This document shows, in pieces, positions 1-10,362 of a stretch of DNA of 64,000 bases (position 1 is the first letter of the stretch; the number at the start of each line of letters is the position of its first letter). This DNA is from a virus. The stretch spans positions 33,935 through 97,934 of IMG/VR virus record IMGVR_UViG_3300034389_000010; one strand, 5' to 3'. The notes beneath the pieces were generated by a model. That model saw only the letters and a program-made list of their open reading frames with translations, was not told the origin of the DNA and made no database searches. The position numbers were made by a program, and so were the translations under genes.

Positions 1-1
1 C

Positions 2-1681
2 AAGGAGCGCACCAGCCAAGAGCTGGTCAGCTACCTCGCCACCGACCTGGACGCCCTGCCGCCGGCGCTGGTGCCCTTCGAGCGCAGCACCGTGGCGGAT
101 CTGGCCGCGAGCGCGCAGCTCAAGGACCTCGGCGAGCAGGCGCGAGCAGCAGCGCGCCAGGCGCTGGAGTCTACCGGGCGCGACCAGGCCTATCTGGACG
201 TGCTCGCCGAGCTGAGCCGGGGCGGCGTCACGCCCAGCTTCGAGGCGCAGGCCGTGCTGGACAAGCACGAGGAGGCCCTGCAGATCCAGCGCGAGAGCTA
301 CGCCAGTAGCCCGGCCTATCAGGCCCTGGTGGCCGAGTGGAGCGCCTACCACAAACAGACCAATGCGCTGATGATCGAACTGGACCAGCAGGCCAGCGCC
401 CTGCCAAAGGGTGACCCCCAGCGCGAAGCCCTGCTTGAGCGGGTCAATCTGCTGGCGGACGAGTACAAGGCGCGGCGCGATGAGGTGAACGCCCGCAACG
501 ATGAAATGAACCAGGCCTTCAACCGCGACCGGGCCACCCGTGTGCGCGAGCTGACCGAGACCGAGGGGCGCAGCGTGCTCGCGGCGATCATGGCCGCATC
601 CCCTGTGACCGAGGAGCAGGCGCAGGCCTGGGCGCAGTCCCAGGAGATCGATGCCAAGGCCCTGGCCAAGCTCACCAAGGGCGGCTATCCCGAGGCCGAC
701 CTGCGCCGGGACCTCGCTGAGTTCTACCGCCTCACCGGCGGCAAGGCATCGGTCGTGCGCCTGACCATGGACGGCGGCAAGCGCGCCAACGCCGTGGGCG
801 TCGATACCAAGACCGACGAAAAGCTGATCAACATCGGCGGCGGCTTCTCCAAGGCGATCCTGTTCCATGAGCTGGCGCACCACCTGGAGAACGACCCGAT
901 CGCTCGCGCCGGCGCCAATGGCTACCTGGTCGCCCGCCGGGAGAGCAGCGACACCCACAAGCTGCGCGACCTGACCGGCCACAAGGGCTATGACCCGCAC
1001 GAGATCGCCTACAAAGACAGCTTCCTCAACCCCTACATGGGCAAGGTCTACGAGGGCGGCATCACCGAGGTGTTTTCGATGGGCGTGGAATACCTGGCCA
1101 GCCCGCAGTCGGCGGCGCTCATGGCCGCGCGCGACCCGCAGCTGTTCGCCCTCATCACCGGGTACCTGACCCGCGAGCTGACCCCGGCCATGCAGGCCAA
1201 GCTCGATCTGCACAATGCGGCGATCGACGATATGGCCAGCGAGGAGGAGCGGCTGCAGGAGCAGTTCCTGCAGGCCCTGCGCGAATTGGTCGATCGCACG
1301 CCCCTTACCCCAGATAGCTGGTTCGACGACCTGGACGACTGGCGCCGGCGGCTGCTGATGGACACCTGTTTCCGCGCCGGCGACCCCCAGTACCTGGGTG
1401 CCTTCGGAAACTACCGGGTCTTTGCCGGGGTGTTTAAGAACAAAAATACCGGGCGCAACGCCAAGGGCCACCTGGTGGTGCAGTGGGGTGAGGAGTACGC
1501 GCCCGAGTACGCCACGATCCACGGCGGGCTCGATCTGGCCAAGGCCTTCATCGCCCTGCACCAGACGCAAGGCCTGAGCTTTTCCAGCCTCTGGTACGCC
1601 TACTTTTTCGAGAAGGCAGGGCGGTCCCCGCGTCGCGCCATCATCAGCACCGCCCAGGCCATCCAGGAGGCCCGCACTTGA
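2..1681 (+). CDS. C-terminal part of a large polyvalent/virion protein with a zincin-like metallopeptidase domain (DdrB-like position); 5'-truncated
   Basis: Frame is open from base 2 (KERTSQELV...); motif ILFHELAHHLE plus downstream TEVFSMG; coiled-coil N-part. Confidence 0.7.
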   Translation, partial: KERTSQELVSYLATDLDALPPALVPFERSTVADLAASAQLKDLGEQARAAARQALESTGRDQAYLDVLAELSRGGVTPSFEAQAVLDKHEEALQIQRESYASSPAYQALVAEWSAYHKQTNALMIELDQQASALPKGDPQREALLERVNLLADEYKARRDEVNARNDEMNQAFNRDRATRVRELTETEGRSVLAAIMAASPVTEEQAQAWAQSQEIDAKALAKLTKGGYPEADLRRDLAEFYRLTGGKASVVRLTMDGGKRANAVGVDTKTDEKLINIGGGFSKAILFHELAHHLENDPIARAGANGYLVARRESSDTHKLRDLTGHKGYDPHEIAYKDSFLNPYMGKVYEGGITEVFSMGVEYLASPQSAALMAARDPQLFALITGYLTRELTPAMQAKLDLHNAAIDDMASEEERLQEQFLQALRELVDRTPLTPDSWFDDLDDWRRRLLMDTCFRAGDPQYLGAFGNYRVFAGVFKNKNTGRNAKGHLVVQWGEEYAPEYATIHGGLDLAKAFIALHQTQGLSFSSLWYAYFFEKAGRSPRRAIISTAQAIQEART

Positions 1682-2004
1682 TCGCAACCCAATACACCGT
1701 GCTGACCCCTTGCGGCAGCTTCCTGGCCCAGTGGGACGCCGATGCGGAGGTGCCGGTGCAGTACGCAGGCAACCCGGACGGCATCGAATTTTTCCGCCTG
1801 AATCTGAGCCTCAATCTCGTCTCCGGGCGCGACGGCCGCCTGCTCAACGCCGACAGCCTTGAGCCCGACGATCTGTATGGCTTCTGCCAGGACGAGGCGA
1901 GCGGCATCGTCGTCATGCCCGGCGCCCAGGATCTGCTCGACATTGCTCAGGCCGAGGCCGAGCGCGCTCACGAGCACCGCGAGGAGGTGCTGGGCGATGA
2001 GTAA
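1678..2004 (+). CDS. Small acidic protein coupled to the metallopeptidase gene (possibly P1 Hxr-like)
   Basis: TTGA overlap with upstream stop; 108 aa; family call from gene position only. Confidence 0.55.
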   Translation: MIATQYTVLTPCGSFLAQWDADAEVPVQYAGNPDGIEFFRLNLSLNLVSGRDGRLLNADSLEPDDLYGFCQDEASGIVVMPGAQDLLDIAQAEAERAHEHREEVLGDE

Positions 2005-5000
2005 GCCTGTCATGACGGCGCTGCTGCGCGTCCAGCTATCGAATGACCTGGCGGCCGAGGTGGCCGCCTTGCCGGCAACCAGCCCCCTGGGGCGAGTGCA
2101 GGCCACGGGGCGCATCGTCGCCCTGCTGCAGCGCCTGGAAGGCCTGACCATCACCCCCGAGCAGGCCGCGTTCGACAAGGCCAAGGCGTTCTATCAGGGC
2201 ACCCTGCAGGGGCAGATCGTGCAATCCGTGGTTGGCCCGGTACGACTGACCGGCAAGGGCTGGCGCAAGGCGAAATTCGGCCTCAAGGAGGACCTGCTCA
2301 AGGCCCGCCTCATCGAGCACATCGTGGAGATCCTGCAGGGCGGTACCGCTGGCCAGCGCCGCGAGCCCTACAAAGAGCGCGATGACGGCATGGTCGCGTT
2401 CTACTTCATCCAGAAGGATGTCCAGATCGACCAGGAGCTGGTCACCGCCGGCGTCACCGTGGGCGAGGATGCCCAGGGCAATCTGTTCTACAACGTCTCG
2501 CATGCCGGGGCCAAGGGCTGGACCGCAAACGAAAACGAAAACGGCACCCTTGATTCCACATGGATAGAGCCACGCTTCGTCTTGGATGCCGTCAATGACA
2601 GCGTAGCAGAGGACGATCTCAATATCACTATCCTGGCAGTGCGTCCTGTCGGCGGCCGCCAGGCCTTCGCCACGGTGGTGCCGGACAAGGGCGGCGCCGT
2701 GCTGATCCTGGGCGATGCCGATGCGATCGCCATGCGGGTCCGCGAGCAGTTCGGCAAGCCGCAGATCGTCGAAGGTGGCGTGCGCCTGACCAAGGGCGAC
2801 GCGCGCCTGGCCGAGTTCATCCCGCGCGAGATCGAGACGCTGGCCAGCGGCGCGGTGCTTGAGCACTACGCCTCGGGCGGCGTCGCCGTGCGCGGGGACT
2901 TCCGGGGCGGCCTGGAGGGCATCGCCCAGGACCTGCCGCACCTGGAGTCGGCTTTCGTGTACAGCCACGGGCCGGAGGTGTTCGCCCAGGTGTTCGGCAA
3001 GGAGGCTGACCCAGCGGATGCTCAAGCCTATTTCGAGCAGCAGGACGAGATCGCCCAGCGCCACGCGGACAACGAAGCCCGCGAGACGGCGGAACGCATC
3101 GAGTACGCCCGGCGCACCGACGACTGGAGCAAGGTCACCGCTGAGGAGCGCGCCCAGCTCCAGGCCGAGCGGGATGCCGCCATGCGTGCCTATGCCGAGC
3201 GCGACCTGGCCAATTGGATGGCCACCATCGGCACCGGTACCTCGGATAACCCGCGCCTGCAAGCCTATCTGGACACCGTCGAGGATCTGTCGCCAGAAAA
3301 CCGCACCATGATCCAGGTCGGTTATATGGGCTGGATCCCTAAGCGCATTGCCGAGTACGAGCCCACCGCCGGCCGTATGCCCTACCTGCCGGGCTCGCCC
3401 ACATACATCGCCTGGCAGGCGGGCTTTACCGCCCTTTGCCGCGCCTGGGCTGATGCGCACCTGTCCGAACGGGTCAAATCTACCGCCTCCGCTGAGCAGG
3501 CGCCGCTGTACCAGGTGACCGAGCTGTATCACGGCACGGCCCTGCCCTTCGATACGTTCGCCGAGGGCCAGCGCCGTGGCGCCGGCTTCGATCACCAGGG
3601 CGCCGGCTGGTACCTGACCAACGATCGCCAGGGCCTGGCCCGCTACTTCGCCAGCATGGCCGCCGTCAAGCTGTCGGGTCGCCCAGGCTTCACCCCCGAG
3701 GAGCAGGAGCTGCTGGAAGAGGGCGTGATTCTGCGCGTCTCGATCGCGGGCACCAGGGTGCTGGATCTGACCCGAGTGGACGCCGATCCCGAGCTGGTGG
3801 CCATGGTGAGCGACATCGTCAACGGCAACGCCCTGCGCGAGCGTGTGCTGGCCATGGGGCTCGATGGCGTCGCCTTCGTCGAGCCCAACCCGCCCGAGGG
3901 CGTGGTAACGCTGCCTGACGCCGTCACTGTGGTCATGTACCACCCGGAAAAGGGCAAAGTCCTGGGCTACGAGGCCGCCGAAAGCGTGCCGGAGCTGCCT
4001 TTCCCCTCGGAGGATCCCCAGCCCGTGCCCCCTACCGGCCGCGCCAAGCCGGGCGGCGAAGTGGGCGTTAATGGCTTCTTCTACAAGGGCGGCACCTTCC
4101 TGCCGACCACCCAGCTGCCGCTACAGGGCAGCCAAGGCCGTACCGCGACCCGCGTCCGTACCTTGCTGATCGAACCCGGCGTGCGCGCTGAGGCGCCCGA
4201 TGGCTATGCGGCCATTTTCGGCAGCTACCTGGAGTTCATCCAAGTCGGCGCCGATGGCGTGGCCAGCCTCCTGGTGCGTCCAGACGAGGCGATCGCCGCC
4301 TATGTGAACGATGACGTGGCCGAAGGGCGTGCGTTCCTGCGCGCGGCCGTGGATGCCTACAACGGCGGCATGCGCTGGTACAAGGCGGGCGACATCGAGG
4401 TCACCGAGGAGCACCGGGAGGAGCCGGCCGCCCCTGAGTACGAGATCATCGAGCACGAGACCGGCCGGAAAAAGATCCTGCGCGGCATCGTCCGGACCGA
4501 CCTCACCTATGCCCAGGCCAAGGCGATCGATGAGTACACGTTCAAGAAGAACGGCGGCTACTTCATCCGCGAGAAGCACCTGGAGAGCATGGGTCTTGCT
4601 CCGGCCGGCGGTGGCGAGCCCGCACCGGAGCCGGCTCTGGACCCCGAGGCCGAGGCCCTGCGCCAGCAGCAGCGCGAGATCGAACGCCAGCAGCGCGAGG
4701 CCGATCGCCTGGCCAATGAGCAGGAGCGTGAGCGCCGCCGGGTGACCGAGCAGGTCGCGACCCTGCGCAAGGTCGCCGCCAGCAGCCTGGAAAAGGCCAC
4801 CGAGGAGCTGAATCGCGACCGCCAGACCAATACCGCCCGCCGCGCCGGCATGGCGGCCAGCATCCTGGAGCGCGCCGAGAAAGATCGCGCCCTGTCGGTG
4901 ACCCTGGGCAACCTCGCCGATGCCATCGAGCAGGGCAAGGCGACGCACCTGGCGGGCCTCACCAGCAAGGCCCAGCTGGACACCCTGCATAACGCCCTGG

Positions 5001-5965
5001 TCGGCGGCCGGCACCGGGCGCAGACCGGCCTGAGCTATGCCCAGCAGCAGGAACTCAAATACTCGCCGCTGTCGGGCAAGGACGCAGGCTATGCCCAGCT
5101 GCCGCGCCTGTTCATGAACCATGACTATGACGCCGTGCAGCGCGCCCTGGAGACCGGCAAGCCCAAGGGCTGGCAGGCCCTTTCCCGGCAGCTCAAGCAG
5201 CAGGACCGGGACAACATCGACCCCGTGCTCTACAACGCCGTGTGGAAGGCCCTGGAGAGCGTCGGCAAGACGGACGCCTTCAACTGGTACGGCCGCGAGC
5301 AGCTGGCCAAGCGGAACCGCCTGACCCGCATGGGCCTCACCACCGACGATGAACTACGCATCGCCCTGGGCGAGTACCTGCAGTTCAAGGAGGGCGTGCG
5401 CGACGATCCGATCGCCAGGGCGGAGCTGGCCATCGTCGGCGAGAAGGTTGGCCTCGATTTCTTCCCAACGCCCAAGGGCGAGGCCAGCAACATGGCAAGC
5501 CTGGCGCAGATCACCAAGGGCATGCGAGTGCTGGAACCGTCCGCCGGCAACGGCAACCTGGCCGACGCGGCCCGCGCCGCCGGCGCCGACGTGGACGTGA
5601 TCGAGATCAGCAGCAGCCTGCGCAAGATCCTGGACGCCAAGGGCTACAACCTGGTGGCGCACGACTTCATGGAGTTCGCGCCCGAGCAGCCCTATGACGC
5701 GATCCTGATGAACCCGCCTTTCTCGAACCGCCGCGACGCCGACCACATCCGACACGCCTTCGGGATGCTCAAGCCCGGTGGCCACCTGGTGGCGATCGCA
5801 GGCGAAAGCGTGTTCAACGGATCGGACGCCAAGGCGGTGGCCTTCCGCGACTGGCTGGACCAGCACGGCGCCGAGGTCGAGCGGCTGGCCAAGGGGACGT
5901 TCGAGGACAAGAAACTGCTGGCCACCACCAGCGCCAATGCCCGGCGGATCGTCCTGGTCCGCTGA
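1997..5965 (+). CDS. Polyvalent protein: N-terminal helical leader, BECR/LPD3-like domain, ADP-ribosyltransferase-like domain, coiled coil, C-terminal N6-adenine DNA methyltransferase
   Basis: ATG 1997 with GAGGAGG upstream; YHGT..F..F...GAGWYLT (ART); DFFPTP, VLEPSAGNG (motif I), ILMNPPF (motif IV). Confidence 0.8.
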   Translation: MSKPVMTALLRVQLSNDLAAEVAALPATSPLGRVQATGRIVALLQRLEGLTITPEQAAFDKAKAFYQGTLQGQIVQSVVGPVRLTGKGWRKAKFGLKEDLLKARLIEHIVEILQGGTAGQRREPYKERDDGMVAFYFIQKDVQIDQELVTAGVTVGEDAQGNLFYNVSHAGAKGWTANENENGTLDSTWIEPRFVLDAVNDSVAEDDLNITILAVRPVGGRQAFATVVPDKGGAVLILGDADAIAMRVREQFGKPQIVEGGVRLTKGDARLAEFIPREIETLASGAVLEHYASGGVAVRGDFRGGLEGIAQDLPHLESAFVYSHGPEVFAQVFGKEADPADAQAYFEQQDEIAQRHADNEARETAERIEYARRTDDWSKVTAEERAQLQAERDAAMRAYAERDLANWMATIGTGTSDNPRLQAYLDTVEDLSPENRTMIQVGYMGWIPKRIAEYEPTAGRMPYLPGSPTYIAWQAGFTALCRAWADAHLSERVKSTASAEQAPLYQVTELYHGTALPFDTFAEGQRRGAGFDHQGAGWYLTNDRQGLARYFASMAAVKLSGRPGFTPEEQELLEEGVILRVSIAGTRVLDLTRVDADPELVAMVSDIVNGNALRERVLAMGLDGVAFVEPNPPEGVVTLPDAVTVVMYHPEKGKVLGYEAAESVPELPFPSEDPQPVPPTGRAKPGGEVGVNGFFYKGGTFLPTTQLPLQGSQGRTATRVRTLLIEPGVRAEAPDGYAAIFGSYLEFIQVGADGVASLLVRPDEAIAAYVNDDVAEGRAFLRAAVDAYNGGMRWYKAGDIEVTEEHREEPAAPEYEIIEHETGRKKILRGIVRTDLTYAQAKAIDEYTFKKNGGYFIREKHLESMGLAPAGGGEPAPEPALDPEAEALRQQQREIERQQREADRLANEQERERRRVTEQVATLRKVAASSLEKATEELNRDRQTNTARRAGMAASILERAEKDRALSVTLGNLADAIEQGKATHLAGLTSKAQLDTLHNALVGGRHRAQTGLSYAQQQELKYSPLSGKDAGYAQLPRLFMNHDYDAVQRALETGKPKGWQALSRQLKQQDRDNIDPVLYNAVWKALESVGKTDAFNWYGREQLAKRNRLTRMGLTTDDELRIALGEYLQFKEGVRDDPIARAELAIVGEKVGLDFFPTPKGEASNMASLAQITKGMRVLEPSAGNGNLADAARAAGADVDVIEISSSLRKILDAKGYNLVAHDFMEFAPEQPYDAILMNPPFSNRRDADHIRHAFGMLKPGGHLVAIAGESVFNGSDAKAVAFRDWLDQHGAEVERLAKGTFEDKKLLATTSANARRIVLVR

Positions 5966-5968
5966 ATC

Positions 5969-6009
5969 GGAAAGTCCCGAAAATGGGGTGTCCGTCACGC
6001 TTTTATCGT
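5969..6009 (+). promoter_or_regulatory. Putative late promoter GGAAAG-N29-TATCGT
   Basis: One of 8 copies with identical spacing; precedes the capsid gene. Confidence 0.7.
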
Positions 6010-6064
6010 TGAAGCCAGCCCGCCCAGCCGTGGGCGACTCATTTCAGCGAGAGACGGACACCCT

Positions 6065-7729
6065 ATGACTCGTCACACCTACGACAACCTGGACCACGCG
6101 AAGACCGAACGGGCTTTCGATGGTCTGTACCACGAAACCAAAGGCGGCGAACTGCTGCTGGACAGCGCCGGCGATGGCCCTGTGCAGAGCTTCCTCAAGT
6201 CCGAGCAGCTGCCCGAGTGCCTGACCGTCGCCCTGGACCGCGTCTCCGGCATCGCCGACGTCAGCCGCAAGATGATCGTGGACTCCGTGCTGCAAGGCAT
6301 GCGCATCCACGAGCAAAAGCACGGCGTCCTGCCGAGTGCTGACCTGATCGCGTCCGCCCTGGACCAGGTCAAGGCTCACACCTCCACCGGCAAGGAACTG
6401 CTGCAGATCGACGGCGTCGGCAGCACCGAGCACCACGACCCGCTGGGCACCCAGCCCGAGCGCATCCAGCTCGGCATCCTGGCGCAGATCGCCGAAGGCT
6501 TCCCGGCCGCGACCTACCTGCCTTGCGACATCGGTTCCAACAAGGCGCTGCTGGGCATCGTCGGCCACCGCGCGCTGACCTCTACCGGCGAGTACAACGC
6601 CAAGGACTCGCTGGACGGCATCGCCCTGGGCGGTACCTTCCTGAACTCCGAGCGTCGCGTGACCATGACCATCGGCGCCGATCGCCTGAGCGCCACCGGC
6701 GCCCTGAGCCTCAACAAGGCCGGCGGTTCGGTCAAGCTGTTGCGCAATCGCACCATGGTGTACGTCAACGGCTTCCCCATGGCCGAGGAAAACACCAACT
6801 ACAACACCACCCCGACTCAAAGCCCGATCAGCGGCATGGTCACCCTGGCCGGTGTCGAGATCGGCATCACTGGTTGGGTCAAGCCGGACACCGGCGAGAT
6901 CAGCCTGACCTTCACCTCTGCGCTGCCGGCGGGCACCAAGGTCGTCGGTGAGGGCTTCCTGGACTACGAGGCCGATCCGAGCATCACCCCGGAGCTGTCC
7001 AGCAACGTCCAGACCTACTCGCTGTACGCCCATGCCTGGCGCGGCGTGATGCGTCAGACCATCGACTCCAAGACCCAGTACCAGAACGAGCTGGGTATCG
7101 ACCTGCTGAGCGAGTCGATGATGTCGGCCCGTAACCAGCAGACCGTCGAGCGTCACCGTTCGATCCTGCGCAAGGCGATCGACCTGGGTGCTGCCAACCA
7201 GGATACGTTCGACTTCGACTACGACGGCATGATGCAGCAGAAGACCCGCGCCCAAATCTGGCAGGACTTCACTGCCATCCTGGGCAACGTCGATCAGCAG
7301 ATGGCGATCGACACCATGGATCGCGGCATCACCCACCTGTATGTCACCAAGCTGGTGAAGGCGCAGTGGGAGGCCCTGCCCTCGGACCTGTTCGAGAAGT
7401 CGGGTCTGCCGTCGCAGCCGGGTATCTACCGCCTGGGCCGCCTGTTCGGTCGCTTCGAGGTGTACTACACCCCGTGGGAGCTGAAAGAGGACGAGGCCGC
7501 CGGTACCGCGCAGATCCTGTGCCTGGGCCGTTCCGCGACTCCGGCCCGCAACAGCTTCGTGCTGGGCGACGCCGTGCCGCTGATCATGCTGCCGCTGGCT
7601 GTGAACTCCGACCTGCGCTACGGCCAGGCGCTGTACGCCCGGAACTTCACCGCCGTGAACCCGCACCAGCCCAGCGCCAAGGGCGCCGCGCTGATCACCG
7701 TCACCGGTCTGTTCAAGAAGGCCGCGTAA
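6065..7729 (+). CDS. Major capsid protein precursor (P1 gp23-like)
   Basis: 554 aa, highly biased codon usage, first gene after the late motif, P1-like order with sheath. Confidence 0.8.
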   Translation: MTRHTYDNLDHAKTERAFDGLYHETKGGELLLDSAGDGPVQSFLKSEQLPECLTVALDRVSGIADVSRKMIVDSVLQGMRIHEQKHGVLPSADLIASALDQVKAHTSTGKELLQIDGVGSTEHHDPLGTQPERIQLGILAQIAEGFPAATYLPCDIGSNKALLGIVGHRALTSTGEYNAKDSLDGIALGGTFLNSERRVTMTIGADRLSATGALSLNKAGGSVKLLRNRTMVYVNGFPMAEENTNYNTTPTQSPISGMVTLAGVEIGITGWVKPDTGEISLTFTSALPAGTKVVGEGFLDYEADPSITPELSSNVQTYSLYAHAWRGVMRQTIDSKTQYQNELGIDLLSESMMSARNQQTVERHRSILRKAIDLGAANQDTFDFDYDGMMQQKTRAQIWQDFTAILGNVDQQMAIDTMDRGITHLYVTKLVKAQWEALPSDLFEKSGLPSQPGIYRLGRLFGRFEVYYTPWELKEDEAAGTAQILCLGRSATPARNSFVLGDAVPLIMLPLAVNSDLRYGQALYARNFTAVNPHQPSAKGAALITVTGLFKKAA

Positions 7730-7740
7730 GGGGGTAGATC

Positions 7741-8367
7741 ATGGGACGGCGGACTAGCTCCAAAGCAACCTCCGCTGCCGTTGCGAAGCCTGCCGCCACT
7801 ACCTCGGTAGTGGCGGACACCGCCGCCCTGGATCCCCTCGCGGGGGCTCAGGGCGGTTCCGCATCTGCAGCAGACCAAACCCCTCCCACCCTGACCGGCG
7901 AGCTTCTGCCGCCCGAGGGTGGCCCTTCCACCGGTACCGAGCCGCCGGCCAGCGCCGACGCGCCGCCTTCGAGCGAGGCGTTTGCCCCGCAGAGCGAAGG
8001 CCCGGCAGACGATGAGCCCCCGGCTGACCCTGAGACGCCGCCCGCCGGAGACGACACCCCGCCCGTGCCTACGCCCGAGACGCCGAAGCCGGACGAGCAG
8101 GAGCAGGACCAGGACGGCGACGGCGACGGCGAGACCGACCAGGACGACGACGAGCCCGCCGAGATCCTGCAGGCCGAGCTGGCCAACCACACCCCGACCC
8201 GTCAGGTGCTGCGCCCGCTGGCGCTGGTGCTGGAGCCGGCCGAATCGAAAACCGTGACCTTCCGCGATGCCGAGCACGAGACCAAGTGCCGTGAGCACAT
8301 CGCTGCCCTCGCCCGCCTCAATGGCTGGGGTGAAGGCGAAGGCCTGCACTGGAGCACCCAGGAATGA
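7741..8367 (+). CDS. Pro/acidic low-complexity hypothetical virion-region protein
   Basis: 208 aa ORF with RBS; disordered N-part, small globular C-terminus. Confidence 0.6.
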   Translation: MGRRTSSKATSAAVAKPAATTSVVADTAALDPLAGAQGGSASAADQTPPTLTGELLPPEGGPSTGTEPPASADAPPSSEAFAPQSEGPADDEPPADPETPPAGDDTPPVPTPETPKPDEQEQDQDGDGDGETDQDDDEPAEILQAELANHTPTRQVLRPLALVLEPAESKTVTFRDAEHETKCREHIAALARLNGWGEGEGLHWSTQE

Positions 8368-8717
8368 CCACCCGTAAGAGCAAGGCCGACGTGGCCACCG
8401 ACGCCCCGGCCGACACCGCCGATGCTGTGGCGGTCACCGAGCCCAAGGTGCTGGTGATCGGCGCCGGCATGGACGTGGGCGTGCTGATCGAGCGGTTCGG
8501 CGAGGGCCTTGTGTACCCCGCCGACCTGACCATCAGCAACAGCCATCACAAGGCGCTGGTGCTGTCGCAGGCCCAGCCGATCCGCGTGATCGACGCCGGC
8601 GAGAGCGTGCAGCACACCGTGAACAACCCGGCCCAGCTGCACGACGTGATTTTCGGAATGGTGGCCGTGGGGGACCGTTTGGAGCGGGACACCATAGGCA
8701 CCATCACCCAGGCCTAA
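8364..8717 (+). CDS. Hypothetical virion-region protein
   Basis: ATGA overlap, 117 aa. Confidence 0.6.
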   Translation: MTTRKSKADVATDAPADTADAVAVTEPKVLVIGAGMDVGVLIERFGEGLVYPADLTISNSHHKALVLSQAQPIRVIDAGESVQHTVNNPAQLHDVIFGMVAVGDRLERDTIGTITQA

Positions 8718-8730
8718 AGGGGCTCTATTC

Positions 8731-10353
8731 ATGACTCAAATCGCATTCATCCGAGGCGCGCCGGTGGCGCGTTCGGCTGTCCAGCTGCAGTACCTGCGCG
8801 ACAACACCGGTCGCGGCGTGGTGACCGACAGCGACCAGGTGGTGGCCACCCTCGGCCGCTTCGAGCGCGGCCCGATCGATCGTGCTTTCGACGTCGATTC
8901 GAGCAACCGCACCCGTCGCCTGGGCGCCTCTGGATCCCTGCTGGCCAGCGCGCTCAACGAGCCGCACCTGCAGGCCTATGAAATGCTCGACCGTGGCGCC
9001 GCTGCCCTGGTCGTCTCGCGCCTGGTGCCGGCCGCTGCCGTCAACAAGTACCTGATCGCCACCCAGGATGCGGCCACCAAGGCCATCACCTGGAGCACCG
9101 CCGCCGCCCTGCCCGCTGACTTCCTGGTCGCCATCAAGCACCTGGAATGCTTCAACGATGGCGTGCGCGTGTCGATCAACGCCGTGGCCGCACTGGCTGC
9201 CGATGGCGTCACCGCCGCCGACGCCACCGTGATCAAGCTGCGCCTGATCGACATCGCCACCGGCGATGCGCTGTTCGACGACTTCGTGGGTTCGCTGGTG
9301 GCCACCGCCAAGGACGAGTTCGGCCAGTCCTATTTCCTGCCGTCGCGCGTCTCCAGCCTGACCGACCTGGTCGAAGTGACCGTCAAGGGCACCAGCGTGG
9401 GCGCCGCCTCGAACGCCTACGGCGTGGACGCGAGCGAAGCCGACAAGTGGGTCACCGCCGACCTCAACTACTTCTCCGAGGGCGGCACCACCTACGCGAT
9501 GACCGACTACGACGCGGCGATCAGCCGGCTGTTCCACAGCAACGTCACCTTCGGCTACCTGCACGCCGGCGGTACCGCCAACGTCGCCTTGATCGGCAAG
9601 CTCGGCACCCTGGCCAAGCGCATGAACAAGAAGTGGGCCTTCGACGTGCCCAGCAGCCTGACCACCGTCGCGGCCGCTGTCGCCTTCATGGCGAACCTGG
9701 GCCTGGACGACCACTACGCCGACGCCTACTGGGCGCCACTGGTCTGCGATGATCCGCTCAACGGCGGCAAGGCCTCCTGGGGCGCCTCCGGCGTGAACCT
9801 GGGCCTGCGCTGCCAGCGCAACGCACAGACCAACGGTGACGGCGTCGCACCCAAGCACTTCGCCGTGGCTGGCTCCGACTGGAGCCTTGGCCGTACCGGC
9901 GTGCGCCAGCTGCTGAACTTCGAAGACACCGATATGGAGAAGTTGGCCAAGGCCAAGATCAACCTGGTGGCCTACGAAAACTACGCCAGCGGCGGCAAGT
10001 ACGCCTTCCTCGACTCGCTGACCTGCTCCAAGAGCAGCGGCGACAAGCAGCTGTCCACCGTCTCGGAAATGGCCACCGCCGTGGATGACGCGGTGACCCG
10101 CTACGCCAAGGAATGCCTGCAGAAGCCGATCGACGTGGCGATCGCCAACCTGACCACCTACCTCGAACAGCTGTTCAAGGCGCTACAGCGCGCCGGCTGG
10201 CTGGTGGCTTCCGACGCCCTCAAGGGCGCCGCCTGGCGTTTCAGCGTGACCCCCAACAGCGCCAGCCCCAAGCAAAAGATCGACGTCAGCTACGACCTGA
10301 GCTACCAGGGCACCGCGCGCGTCATCACCGTTGCTCAGACCCTGAGCAAGTAA
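8731..10353 (+). CDS. Contractile tail sheath protein (P1 gp22-like)
   Basis: 540 aa; N-terminal GRFERGPIDRAF; C-terminal sheath-like helices and strand; position after capsid. Confidence 0.8.
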   Translation: MTQIAFIRGAPVARSAVQLQYLRDNTGRGVVTDSDQVVATLGRFERGPIDRAFDVDSSNRTRRLGASGSLLASALNEPHLQAYEMLDRGAAALVVSRLVPAAAVNKYLIATQDAATKAITWSTAAALPADFLVAIKHLECFNDGVRVSINAVAALAADGVTAADATVIKLRLIDIATGDALFDDFVGSLVATAKDEFGQSYFLPSRVSSLTDLVEVTVKGTSVGAASNAYGVDASEADKWVTADLNYFSEGGTTYAMTDYDAAISRLFHSNVTFGYLHAGGTANVALIGKLGTLAKRMNKKWAFDVPSSLTTVAAAVAFMANLGLDDHYADAYWAPLVCDDPLNGGKASWGASGVNLGLRCQRNAQTNGDGVAPKHFAVAGSDWSLGRTGVRQLLNFEDTDMEKLAKAKINLVAYENYASGGKYAFLDSLTCSKSSGDKQLSTVSEMATAVDDAVTRYAKECLQKPIDVAIANLTTYLEQLFKALQRAGWLVASDALKGAAWRFSVTPNSASPKQKIDVSYDLSYQGTARVITVAQTLSK

Positions 10354-10362
10354 GGAGCCCTC

